DNA from: Phoronis australis
Taxonomy: Eukaryota > Animalia > Phoronida
Length of the DNA stretch: 64,000 nucleotides
Assembly: GCA_002633005.1 (NCBI GenBank)
Contig: NMRA01000058.1
Coordinates: forward strand, 820,735 to 884,734
Direction: 5' to 3'
Shown: piece by piece, positions 51,993 to 64,000 of the stretch
How positions within the stretch are numbered: the first letter of the stretch is position 1
Layout of the letters: each line of letters begins with the position of its first letter
Program-made: the position numbers and the translations under genes
Notes under the pieces: model-generated
Told to the model about the DNA's origin: nothing
Seen by the model: the letters and a program-made list of their open reading frames with translations, nothing else
Database searches by the model: none

Positions 51993-52445
51993 GTATATCT
52001 GGTGACCTGACATTTCACATTAAAATTTCTTATTCCGACAATTTGAAGAACGCCACTTGATTGCACGCTAAAATAGGACACTAACTTTACCCCAGCTTTT
52101 CACAATTTTAATACCTCACGAGAAGCACTCCAACCAGGTGATTATGGAAATCTTTGAGCCAATTTTCGTTAGAAGATATGTTTAATTTTTGTTGTTGAAT
52201 CATTAGTGAAATTAAGCAACAACTCATAGAAACTATGCAAAATTTATTCAGAATAAAATACAGTTCCCTTTTAAATCGAGTTTTCCCCATGAGAGAGTTG
52301 AATGTCCATTTACCGTTCAGCAAAGAGACAAATGCTGCTTGTCAAGTGATTTACACGACCCTAAGGCATGTAGCATATTTTTAATATCAGGATGTGTCGC
52401 CGCCTCCTAATTAAATTGAGATGAATTAATGACCCACCTAGTTGT

Positions 52446-52568
52446 GGCAATAGTCGGATATAATGGACCCTGATTTAGAAAACCAGTTTTATCCACTAAA
52501 TAACGGGGCTGTTATTTAGTGATTGCCTGGTTCTCTATGTCAGGGTCCATTATATCCGACTTGTGCCC
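52446..52568. repeat. Short hairpin MITE
   Basis: agtcggatataatggaccctga / tcagggtccattatatccgact, a perfect 22-bp inverted pair, plus an inner cactaaataac/gttatttagtg stem. Confidence 0.7.
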
Positions 52569-52618
52569 TTAGTTGTCTTCATACAGACGTAGGCTACAGA
52601 CCACAGTTTGAGTTGACA

Positions 52619-53570
52619 TAGGCAATGACCATCGCCTACGTTGGCCCGACCAGAGGCGATGCAGCTCCTATAGGCGCTCCATACGCCGGAAGCTTTTCAG
52701 CGAATTATGCTTCGCACTGGCTTAAGCATGAAAGTCACGTTGTTATAAATACCTTTTGCGTATTGAGGGACACCTTAGGAGGTTGTCGGTGTGTTTAATT
52801 CCTTCCAACTCGAACAAATACTTCCGTTATCGAACTTTTTGTTCGAGCAGTCACTTATTCAGTTCCCAAAATCGTGAATTCACCATTTTTATACTGCGCA
52901 CGCTCCAATTTTTACTGCGCTCGCTATGTGATGTGACATCATGACCTCAATCTTTAAATAGGCCAAAGGTGAGCCATTGCGGTCTTATCAGTCAAATGTT
53001 CGTTTCCAAAATGCCTCCACTTATACTTGTCTTTAATTGGCGTTACTTGAAACTGATTGTATTTCAATGAATTGTTGTTTGTATTTGATAAAAATAAATG
53101 CTGTTAATATGACATTTAACTTTGTGCACATATTTGACATTTTAATATTTAACAACACGGCAAATGTACGGCTGGTTCCCGGCAGCACGTACGCACAGGG
53201 CAGGGACTTCAGCTTTCTCGTTCGCCGGTAGGGATCGCAACTTCTGACCTTCGGCCTGGTAAAAAGAATGAGGTCATATCTCTTGGCGTGCGCTGAGTTA
53301 AAATGGTGAGTTCACGATTTTGAGAACTGAAATAGGGACTGCTCGAAAAAAAAGTTTGATAACGGGAGTATTTGTTCGAGTTGGAAGGAATTAAACACAT
53401 CCACAACCTCCCAAGGTGTTCCTCTATGCGCAAAAGGTATTTATAACAACGTGACTTTGATGTTTTAGTCGATGCGAGGCATAATTCGCCGAAAAGCTTC
53501 CGGGGTATGGAGCGCCTATAGGAGCTGTATCGCCTCTGGTCGGGCCAACAGAAGCGATGGTCATTGCCCA
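52619..53570 (+). mobile_element. Long-TIR MITE copy 1, 9-bp TSD GAGTTGACA (AcademH- or MULE-like)
   Basis: ~290-bp TIRs starting TAGGCAATGACCATCGC. Left TSD 52610-52618; the intact right TSD is at 54401-54409, displaced by copy 2. Confidence 0.9.
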
Positions 53571-53573
53571 GAG

Positions 53574-54394
53574 TAGGCAATGACCATCGCCTCTGTTGGC
53601 CCGAAGCAGAGGCGATGTAGAGGCTATAGGCGCTCTGTACGCCGGAAGCTTTTCGGCGAATTTTGCCTCGCACCGACTAAACCATCAAAGTCACGTTGTT
53701 ATAAATACCTTTTGCGCATAGAGGAACACCTTAGGAGGTTGTCGATGTGTTTAATTCCTTCCAACTCAAACAAATACTCCCGTTATCAAACTTTTTTTTC
53801 GAGCAGTCCCTATTTCAGTTCTCAAAATCGTGAACTCACCATTTTAACTCAGCGCACGCCAAGAGATATGACCTCATTCTTTTTACCAGGCCGAAGGTCA
53901 GAAGTTGCGATCCCTACCGGCGAACGAGAAAGCTGAAGTCCCTGCCCTGTGCGTACGTGCTGCCGGGAACCAGCCGTACATTTGCCGTGTTGTTAAATAT
54001 TAAAATGTCAAATATGTGCACAAAGTTAAATGTCATATTAACAGCATTTATTTTTATCAAATACAAACAACAATTCATTGAAATACAATCAGTTTCAAGT
54101 AACGCCAATTAAAGACAAGTATAAGTGGAGGCATTTTGGAAACGAACATTTGACTGATAAGACCGCAATGGCTCACCTTTGGCCTATTTAAAGATTGAGG
54201 TCATGATGTCACATCACATAGCGAGCGCAGTAAAAATTGGAGCGTGCGCAGTATAAAAATGGTGAATTCACGATTTTGGGAACTGAATAAGTGACTGCTC
54301 GAACAAAAAGTTCGATAACGGAAGTATTTGTTCGAGTTGGAAGGAATTAAACACACCGACAACCTCCTAAGGTGTCCCTCNTGGTCATTGCCTA
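53574..54394 (-). mobile_element. Long-TIR MITE copy 2, inverted, 9-bp TSD TGCCCAGAG (gap at 54381)
   Basis: TSD at 53565-53573 and 54395-54403. The interior is the reverse complement of copy 1. Confidence 0.9.
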
Positions 54395-54923
54395 TGCCCA
54401 GAGTTGACACTGGCAGGGAAGTCAGAAATTCAGAAACGTGGAATAACTTGGAAATAAACAGGTCTTAATCTCCTTTGACAACGCCTAGATAAACATTGTG
54501 CAACAATAGGTCACAGCAAATCAAATATGATAACCAAGATAACCTCAAAAAATAAAGTAGCCTAACGCCCTAAGTTCAAGCAACTTCTGACGGCATGCAT
54601 CTTGATCTTGAGAGGAGAGGACTCGCATCTTCTTTTGTAAATCAGCAGCAACCGGAAATGACACACTTCACATGCGCGTTTCGGTTGCGTGTCTGTTCGT
54701 CCACGCGGTGTTGGAAAGGGAAGCTTCATATTCGGCTAAAATGTATTCCACGAAGTCAGCTGCTACCAAATTAATACAGTTTTCCAAGGTTTGTCGCTTC
54801 TATCTGCCTATTTTAAAAAACAATCTAAGCCATGTGCAGTATTTGCAGATTCACCACACACCTGTTCACCTTCAAATCGAAAGCTGACAGCTCGGCTGCG
54901 AACGTACCTGTCCTGGGACTGGG

Positions 54924-54998
54924 TAGGCAATGACCATCGCCTCTGTTGGCCCGAAGCAGAGGCGATGTAGAGGCTATAGGCGCTCTGTACGCCGGAAG
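54924..54998. mobile_element. Start of a third young copy of the same MITE, cut by the gap at 54999
   Basis: Identical to 53574-53648. Confidence 0.8.
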
Positions 54999-55109
54999 NC
55001 AAGTTGTCTCCTTAGCAAGAACTGTGCCTGAGGCAATGTTCATCCTCACGTTTGCACTGGTTCAACACGCTCATTTCAAAATTTCAATAGTCTGGCCTCA
55101 ACGACAACA

Positions 55110-55380
55110 TAGTCAGTAACCATCGTCTCTATCCAACCAAAGTAGTGTTGATGAAGCTCCTATAGGAGTTCCATACACAGGAAGCTTTTCAGCGAATTAT
55201 GCCTCACACTTACTAAAACATCAAAGTCACGTTGTTATAAATACCTTTTGTGCATAGAGCGAGACTAGTCGATGTATTTAATTCCTTGCAACTCAAACAA
55301 ACACACCCAAGCTTTTTCTCCGAGCAGTCCCTAGTTCAGTTCCCAAAATCGGGAACTCACCATTTTATCATCCTGCACGG
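55110..55380. mobile_element. Degenerate solo TIR of the same MITE family
   Basis: ggaagcttttcagcgaattatgcc...aaagtcacgttgttataaataccttttg shared with the TIR. Confidence 0.7.
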
Positions 55381-55497
55381 ACTAGTAATGCGAGTAAAAG
55401 CTACTTTGGTCTCGTACCTTATATAGACCGATCCCTCGGTAATTCTCGTGTGATCTAAGTAAGCTTTCATGCATCTTATGTCTACCGGAAGCGTGGT

Positions 55498-55730
55498 TTG
55501 AATAGTATTATCTGCAGAGAACCTAATAAGGAGTTATTGTACATAAAAGAGTCATTGGCTATTCAGAACCAGCATGCCAGTAAGGAATTCCATATAGGAC
55601 TCGCACAGAGACGCCTCTGTGACAGGTTGAAAGAACATCACACCTTAGAGAAAAGTAACATATATAGGCATACTATTAGCTGCAATCACCAAGCCAACTC
55701 TGTTAGTGTTTGCAGGGAGTTACTGTACAT
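55498..55730 (+). mobile_element. GIY-YIG endonuclease relic (Penelope-like)
   Basis: HIGLAQRRLCDRLKEH...SNIYRH and LLYIKESLAI motifs. Confidence 0.6.
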
Positions 55731-56764
55731 CCGGTTTTTAATCTTATTGTGGCCAAAAACTGATTTAATCTCCTAGTGGTAGTTTTGTTTTTTTTGCGCC
55801 CATGGCTGTGTCTCCTAAACTGTTTGCAACATCTTTGCTAAATTAAGCAAGTGCATTTATATGATGTTGACAACGGATGACAACAACGTTTGTACAAATC
55901 TGACTACCAGTGTGCCCCCTACTGGCAATTTTCATTTTTAGGCTTACCTCTATATCTTCAAAGGTCCTCCATGGATTATCAGAAAGTTTGGAATATAGGC
56001 ATCTACTAGTGAGTTGATACTATCCCTCCACTTTCGGATGGAATCGGGGTACTTTCCGCCACCTAGTGGCCATTTTTCCTGTTTTCGAGTCTTGTTTTTT
56101 GGGGTCCACCCTTCCATCAACCAAACCGTTCTAAGTATTATTTTGAAAATTGCCATCTATGTTCTCAGTGTGAAGAGGACGGTTGACGATAACGAATTCC
56201 ACTACTGTGGTGCCTCCTAGTGGTGGTTTTGTTTTGTTTTGCACCTACAGCTGCATCTCCTAAACTGACTGCAGGATCCTTATTAAATTTAGTAATTGTA
56301 TTTATATGAAGCTAACAACAGATGATGTCTTTCTGTCGGATCCAATGAACGCTGTGCCCCATATTGGCAATTTTATTTTTTTTCTGTTTTCCTTCGTTTC
56401 TCTGTAGTTCCTTGACAGATTTTTATGAAATTTAGTAAATAGCTTTCTATTACAGAAGCGATGGCATGTTTCCAGTTTCAGATGGATTTGAGGATTTTTC
56501 GCCATCTAGTGGCTATTTTTATGAAACAAATAAACAACCCTAGAAGCACTCCGTTTGTGGTGACTTCGTGGGTGCATTTCAACGGTCTGCAATGCTCTTG
56601 TTATGATAGAAATTACATAAATCGAAAATGAAATTAAATTTACAGATCTGAAAGAGCTCTTTTGAGTTTTCATCTTGAACTTTGATATCAAGTAAAATTT
56701 GGACAGATTATTGATATGGTTGTTTTGTTATGAAAGTTTGTTCCTTTTTTGCTAAATTTTACTA

Positions 56765-59174
56765 CCGTAATCGTTCGGGTTAACGCCCTGGGCGGTTAAA
56801 TTGGCGAATCCAAAAAATCGGGGGAGGGCGGTTAACCGAGCAGTGGGCGGTTAAATCGAAAATCCACCTAAAGTAGGGGATGGGCGGTTAACCGAACATG
56901 GGCGCTTATTACGACAGACAACTGCCCTGGGCGGTTAATCTTACCTGGCGATCTAAATCTTGACACGACAATCATACTCGGAACGCATAGCCTTTTTCAA
57001 AGAGCTTTATCGTCACGTCGCCAAATGACTGTGAAAACGTCATAACAGCGGATGATCCCAACCAAGGTTCTCTTGCCCTCAGATTAGTCATTCACTATTA
57101 AATTTACAAAATTGCTGAGTAATAGCCCCGTGCCGTCCTGCGGTGCGCAGACGACCAGTGACCACGCAGCCTCCACTAGAATTAAACTGTTTCAAGATAT
57201 GACTCTGCTTAAGTGCACGCGTGCAAGCTTCACGTGTTGCAGAGGTCAGACATCAAATTTATGGTTGCAGTCTCGTACTATATGTAGCTGTCAAGTTCTG
57301 AGTCAGAGAGCAGTTTTAAAATTGGTTGTAATAAAAGTTTGAAAAACTTAACTTGTTTTTTGTGTTTGGGATGTTATAGTCGACACTCCGTGACTCAATG
57401 ACATTTTCAGCGTATGGTTCTGCGGCTAGTTATCTTATCTCGACAGCCCGGCATTGCTCTCTTGCCATTGCGCCAAACATGCTATGCAAAGAAGTAAGAC
57501 AAGGATCGGGGGTGGTCGAGCCAGTCGTCGATCAAGAATAAAATTTCAAGCAACTGCATAAATATGTTACAAAATGTCAGAAAACAGCATTGTTTCAATT
57601 CGTTATTCTAAACGATCACCTTACCAAACTTCGTGGTGGAAAAACATTTATTTTTCATGCAAGATGTCCAGATTATCCTATTTATATCACTTGTAATATC
57701 GCACTGCGGCACTGTTCGGTCCCGCTGTTATCGCGCAATGTCTCAGTCGGCTGACAATCGTGACTTGGAAATGCCGTCAAGTAATATAACGGCCTCTTTC
57801 AATATGCATCTCGTTTTTTATGGCCAAAGATAGTGGCGGTATTCAGCACGCGCGTAGGGCCTACGTGTGAGTCACCTGTCAATCACATGTTTGTGTCAAG
57901 GTAACATGCACTCCAAAGTGTGGGAACTTGCGCACATGCACCACTACAAATCAGTCACACATAGCGACAGTCCAACGAAGTAACAAAAACGGACGTGACT
58001 ATGTACTTTTAAGCTGTTGTTACGAAAGACCCAGTTCTTTATGATATTCCTCCGTTGCCAATGTTCCCCAAAACTGCGATGTCAAGTCTATTCCCATATT
58101 TCCCGGCTTGATGCTCCCTAAGCCCATCCCTGTAACTAGCCGCGTGAATCTCCTACCCACTATCGTCAAGCAGTCTACGTCGTAGATATTTCAGACTCGA
58201 ATGGTAAGAATTTTTGTTCAGGCTGAAAATGGCCAATGTATAAACAAAATTATTCTGGATGGCTAAAAAGGGGATGTGGAAACTATAATTCACACAGTCA
58301 CGCTTACGTGGGGGCTGACGCAAGAAACAGTAAAGAACAGCCAGCGACATTAGTTAAATCTGCTAACCAGTTTGACTGAGATGCAATAAGCGAAAAACAA
58401 AATTTGACTAACCGTTTTTTATTACTTCAGGATCATACACAAACATACATTATTGCCAACGTTTGAATTCAGAAATCAACAGGCAGCAACGAAATCGGTA
58501 ACCCAGTGAGGCACTTGTACTGTCCCTTCGGTCGCCCCACATCCTCTATAACCCGGCAGTTATGTTCATCAAATATTGAGAATTTGACATCTTTCCGTGA
58601 GTTGCGAGATTTGTTGAAAATACGAGAGCTTCCCACCTTAATAGAATTTGGAGGGTTGGCAAAACCATGTCACATTTCTCTGGCCTGATTTTTTTGATCA
58701 TATGTTTTATCTAATGCACTGCAGACGGAAACTCAGCGCGTCAGACAAAGTCGCTGAAAGCGGAGGTTTTGATGCCGGCGGCTTTCTTAAACTTTGCAAA
58801 CAAGGGAAGAAAATAAAGTGACAAAAAATTTCAAGTATTATATTTTGAAGTGGGTTCATGACCCAAGACAATAACTCGTTACCTGAATTGTAATTCAGAT
58901 TGCTAAACCACCGTCCCGGCGTCGTTGCACTCATTATGATCATCGATCTTTTTCTTAAAGTCGGGGAATCACGCATTTCCTTAGCACTAGGCGGTAAATC
59001 TTCATTCTTTAAAAGTCGGGGATGGGCGCTTAACCGAGAGGTGGGCGCTTAACTGGAAAAATTCAAAAATCGCAGGGTGCGCTTAACAGAGCAGTGGGCG
59101 GTTAAATCGAAAATCCACTTAAAGTCGGGGATGGGCGGTTAACTGAGCATGGGCGTTAACCCGAACGATTACGG
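56765..59174 (-). mobile_element. Tc2/pogo-like non-autonomous element, full 2410-bp copy D
   Basis: Same 24-bp TIRs and TA TSD as copies A and C, opposite orientation to C. No transposase ORF. Confidence 0.93.
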
Positions 59175-61039
59175 TAATTAGACACGACCCAATAAATGAC
59201 CGAAATTAAAAAATCAAAGCCAACAGACGTTCTACGTTCAGAAAATATACGTTTACAGGTATTTCGTATTAGTTTTGTTGGACCTGCAAACCTAATATCA
59301 ATTATCTCTGTAAAACCTAAGGTATGTGGCAAAATGCATAGACTTGTTAATAATCTCCTGCATATCAGTGTCCTACATAACCCAATCCTATGTGTCGTGT
59401 CTTGGCAGCACTTGCGACATGTTGAAGAAATTAGCAATCACTTTTAGGAAAATGCATCACCAGCATTCTCTTTTCACCACGACTTGTTTTAAAAACTATT
59501 GGTCCAGTCAACACTATTGCCAGAAGACCATTAAATTCGTAAATAAATCTTAACCAATGGATCAGACAATGGCAAACCAACAGCCCACATTACCAGCAAC
59601 GTCTCTGGTGGGTCATATTATGAGCCACTCAATCAACTGCATTAGCCTACATTCTGTCTGTAGTGATTCTATGTATAGAAAAGTATTCACAGATATGGTG
59701 ATCTAAACAACTTTTTTGTTACAAAACGTAGTGGGTACAGCTAGGTAACTTAATCGTGACTTTCACTTTTGTAACCTTAAGTTTAGATCTGACAGAAATT
59801 CGCCTTGATGTTGCAGTGACACCTAGTGGCTCAAGTATTACCACTGTTATGCTCACTTTCGCCACCGAAAAGCAAGACTCTGGTAACCCCCCTTCATCTA
59901 AAAATGTAATAAGTAAACCCCTTCTTGTTGTCCATTGTTAAGAGAGTGGTCTCTATTGTTAAAGTGTATGTATCTTGAACAGGTCTCCCAATTATAATGT
60001 AAATCCCAATCAATTTCAAAATCCCATTTAGATTTTTAGCTGTGTGGAAAACACTGAAATATAAAAGATGGTCTTAGAATTTGAATGGCATGTTCCTGTA
60101 AAATTTGCTTTGAATTTTAGACACACCCAACTGCGACTGTGTCTTCTTGTGACAATTTTACCTTTTCCCATTTGCCTCTGTAGTTACCATGTCCCACTGT
60201 GGAACTGGTTTGAGAGATGTATTTCTATTTTATTGATAATTAAAAATTGAAAACAGCTACACTTGTCCGTATTTGCATCCAACCGCCATATTCCGTGCCC
60301 CTTTGTGGTTATATTAGTATTTTAATTCCAGTTTTAGTACTTTTTGTCCGTCAAACGTTTTTAACATTGATTTTGGAACAGTCGGACTTCTGCTCTTTGA
60401 AGAACCTTCATGAAATTTCCATTTATTTTGGCAAGATGTGATTTGCCAATTTTCAGATGACCAGAGATATATTTCTACGTCTTAGAAATTAAAACAGCTG
60501 CTTTTCAGGACTGAAGAGTCTATTTCGTGCTGGCACAGCCGACAGACTTTCTACCAAACCTTGATCAAATTGTTTGTCGGACAAATGTCATCAGCTATTC
60601 AGCTGGTTATTATAAATGTGAAAATTCCTATCTAGAACTCTAGTGCAGAAGATATAACAACCTTGAGCTATGCATCACACATTAACCTAGATTGCTAAGT
60701 AACCAGATGCCAGTCAATTTTGGCGACCTTTACCTCATTTGGAAGGTCTTAGCCAGAAACTTTAAAAGTTCGTCTGGATAGGAAAGTTTCCACTTAAGTT
60801 CTCATTTTTACCAGTGTGTAGATAGGGCATTATTCGAATTTGGCAACTTTGGCCTTCTTTTCAAGCTTGATATTTTCTTATTTTATGCCGATGTGTTGAT
60901 GTTTTTAAATAGTTGCCCGGGGTCTGTTACACATTGTACCAGACATGCGCAGGCCACTCAGGCGGGCTCATTGTACTGATCACCTGGAACCTGATTTTTA
61001 TGCTTTACTAATATATATGGTTTAATCAAACTGAGGAGC

Positions 61040-61135
61040 TAGAGACTTGACTCAAGGGTCTAGCAGTGTGGCATTGCAGGATTCGAACCCACCACCTTGA
61101 GTAAAGGAAGCTAACGCTTATCCCACTTTATCACT
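61040..61135 (-). mobile_element. tRNA-derived SINE head relic
   Basis: Minus strand ...gtgggataagcgttagcttcc...ggtgGGTTCGAATCCtg...cccttgagtcaagtc: Pol III B box followed by a SINE-core-like segment. Confidence 0.5.
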
Positions 61136-62029
61136 GTGTGAAGATAGGGCATCTCCAGTAATTTGACATTTTAGCCGACCTTGACCTTGTTTTCAAGGTC
61201 ATGGCAGCTAATGTGAAAGCATCATCACTTCAATGAAAGCTCATTTGTAAAGCAAAATTTTCTCATTTGAAATTTTTCGGAATTGTAATTGTATGGTCAT
61301 TTTCAGATTTGTGTATTATGCCTTGCCTGGCTTGTCGTTACACAAAAAATTGGTTTCCCAAAAAAGTTTTATTGGGCTTGCAAATGCACCCATTTCAGAG
61401 GGAGGGGTGGACAGTTCAATTTCCCTGTGACAAGCCTTTCTTTATTCTGCCTTCAGGCCATGGCTCAATGGATGATTGGTTAAATTTCTCAACTTTTGAG
61501 ATGACAATTGCAGGTTTGATTCCTATACAATCTAATCTACCGGTAATGGGAAAAAATTAAGTTTTCATTTTCATAAGGTGTTTGGTTGTTTGTTGTCATG
61601 GTGGTAGAGTATTAAATTTCTTTGTGCTCCTTAACCTTTTGGTATAATTTTTTAGAGAGTTCTTTTGATTACTCGAAAGAATCGGTCACAATTAGCCCAC
61701 CATCAGTCAATCACAAACTAAACATGCTTCTTCGTACCAAGCATGGTGAGTCAGTTAGTCCAGCCTCAGATATCACCCCCCCCTTAAGGGAACTAGTTGA
61801 ACTAGATGAGACCATGTTGTAACAAAAGTTTTCTTGGCAGTAGGTAGGTTTGTGTATTGCAGTCAGTCTCAAGGAACCATGGTCAGACTGGACAATTTTC
61901 CATGCTATATGGTGTTGTAGTCACCCAGAAGGGTCCCACATTTTGAGAACCAGTTTTCACTACTAAATAACGGGTTAAACTGGTCCTAAATCCTGGATCT
62001 TTTGGACCTCTTGTAAGTGGCTATTGCCT

Positions 62030-62400
62030 TTTCTACTTTTTGTGAAAGTTCCGCTCTGCTTGGTCTGTTTAATGGCTTGACACTGCCATGGGTTACTGAT
62101 CCAGGGTATAATAAATCTTGACCTCAGAGCGCGTTGGCAATCACTCTGTCACAGGTTGTAGTCATAGGTGACTTGTCTGTTGACCTGTGCTGAGCTTGTA
62201 CTAGTAGTTTGTACACTGTACTAAAACCACCATTATAGATGAGGTGATGGTAATTAATTAAATCCTCTCATTGATCATTCTCGTATCACATTGGCACGTT
62301 GACACTAATCTCACAGAAGTGTGGTGGTAGTCTTTGGAGGACGCTGTCTTGTTTCTTGTATTGATTGCTTCTAACAGACATGAGAACATGGGTGAGTACC
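62030..62400 (+). mobile_element. Possible heavily degraded LINE AP-endonuclease relic
   Basis: VVVIGDLSVDL (cf. GDFNxD) and a downstream LIDH in another frame. Many stops. Confidence 0.28.
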
Positions 62401-64000
62401 CTGCGTTGTTGGTTGGTGACTGGATTTTCCATAGTTACTATGTTGGATTTGATTTGCTTGTGAACATATGGTTGTGCACATTTGGTCTATGTTATGTAAT
62501 AAGGTGTTTTCACTTCGAAGTGCTCGTACTTTGCTTAAATCACTGGCTGCATGGCTATCAGCTTTTCCACTGCAAAAACCAGTTTTGATTTAGAATGATT
62601 ACCCATTATGAAATTGGTTCCGAATTGTTTCTCTAAGAAAAATCTAAGGTGATTCCATGCCTTCGAAAGTACTGAGTTGGTTGTTGTTTGAGACCATGCT
62701 CTGCGTATTGGCTTTTCATGGCGTGCCATTTTATGCACCGAGCTTGGATTGCGGCCGACAGATGGCATGCACGTGGTAGTAAATAAAACATCACACGAAT
62801 ACCTGTTGATTTGTGGCATTGTGATTAACTAACAATAGATTACAACAAGCTGTGAGACTTACAACTGAATGAAACGATATATCACTATTGGTGAAGAAAC
62901 TAATCTACAGTGCCACTAGGCGCCCGTAACTACCGCACACGTTAACACAACTAGAGTCACACTAGTACCAACTCGCTAGATCAACCTCTAGACGGGTTCA
63001 AATTGGCAGACAGGCTGAGACCAACGCGCGGGCTAAAGTGTCTATACCTCAGGCTATGTATTCTGTCAGTTTCTCCTTGCGTTCCTGGCCTCGGTGATCC
63101 TTCTCGTCTTCAGTCTAGTGTCATAGTCTCTGGTCTTTTTGGTCTGCCGTTGAGGTCTTTGTTGTCTCTGTGGTCTGGTCTATTGTAGGTCTGGTGTTGC
63201 GGTGTACCTCTCTCATAGAGTATTCATTATCACGCCTCGTGATGAAACTTCTTGTGACGAGCCAAAATTGTACAGATAATTATGCTGACAGTTGCTAGTT
63301 CTTGCGTAACTGTTATTGTGATAGATCCCAGTAAGAGGATATGGCCAATGCTACTGTTAATTGCGTAACATAACTGTTGTGACGTATTCCAGGTGGAAGA
63401 TATGTGCTGATACTACTGTCCTGCTAGATTATCATCAAATCTTTCAATGGGTTAGGATTAATCGAGTCCATTACAATACTTCTTTTAAAATATATAACAA
63501 GTAATTATAAAAAATGGCATGGCTTTGCACGACATCATCTTTCAGTTGTTTGCAAACTCAGAAATCAGTTCTCATATTTTCTAAGGATGAACCAAGACCA
63601 ACGTTATCCCTTCTTGTATGGAATGCTGGTTTGTAGCCTCAATAAATGTAATGGCTGTTTTCTCGACAGCGTTGGTTGACTGATGGTAATGGAGTCTGCT
63701 GTCACTGTTATGTACTTTGTTGTAGTTATACACAGTGTTTTTACCTGTAGCGTGTTCAACAGAGTGAGCGCCCGCTAGCATGTACTCGCGAACACAAGGA
63801 ACAGCTCCTGAACAGCTGTGAGCGCTCACTGTGCGATCCAGTATGGCGACTCTGAAGCAGACTGTGTTGAACGTCTTAGCCGATGAGCTTAACACTAACA
63901 GTCCTTCCTATGGCGTATTGAGCGATAAATATGATTAATCTTTGCCAATTAATATTAATATCGGCAGCCCAAGACAACAACTGTGAAGGCTTTGGAACGA

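Noticed and set aside
52756-54410. Duplicated ORFs (53037/53914, 53209/53580, 52756/54201) as a gene family
   Set aside because: By-products of the inverted MITE pair, with no protein-like features.
63270-63420. Degenerate ~60-bp tandem repeat
   Set aside because: Only about two and a half poorly conserved units, and no function can be inferred.

Overview
AT-rich, repeat-dense animal (invertebrate-like) genomic DNA, not prokaryotic. Most ORFs in the supplied track are noise. I can support two host genes. (1) A six-coding-exon UPF0415/C7orf25 homolog lies on the minus strand (47608 down to 1792, ~476 aa, all GT-AG with compatible phases) and has a 38.3-kb intron after its first coding exon. 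(2) Nested antisense inside that intron is a single-coding-exon 425-aa protein with an FN3 domain, a transmembrane helix and a disordered tail, no signal peptide, and a C-terminal class I PDZ ligand (ESAV). The rest is transposon-derived: a piggyBac relic just past the C7orf25 stop, a Tc2/pogo-like MITE family (103 bp to 2.4 kb), a CAC..GTG element with a 5-bp TSD (Transib/RAG-like signature), a cluster of TAG..CTA MITEs with 9-bp TSDs (one inserted into the tip of another, making a ~1.8-kb palindrome), a Penelope-like fragment with inverted pseudo-LTRs and hammerhead-like cores, and Kolobok/THAP, RTE-X-like LINE, Helentron-like and SINE relics. There are four single 'n' characters. At least two demonstrably stand for gaps of >100 bp, and one sits in a probable haplotype-duplication artefact. 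Family assignments rest on motif recognition by eye, with no database search.
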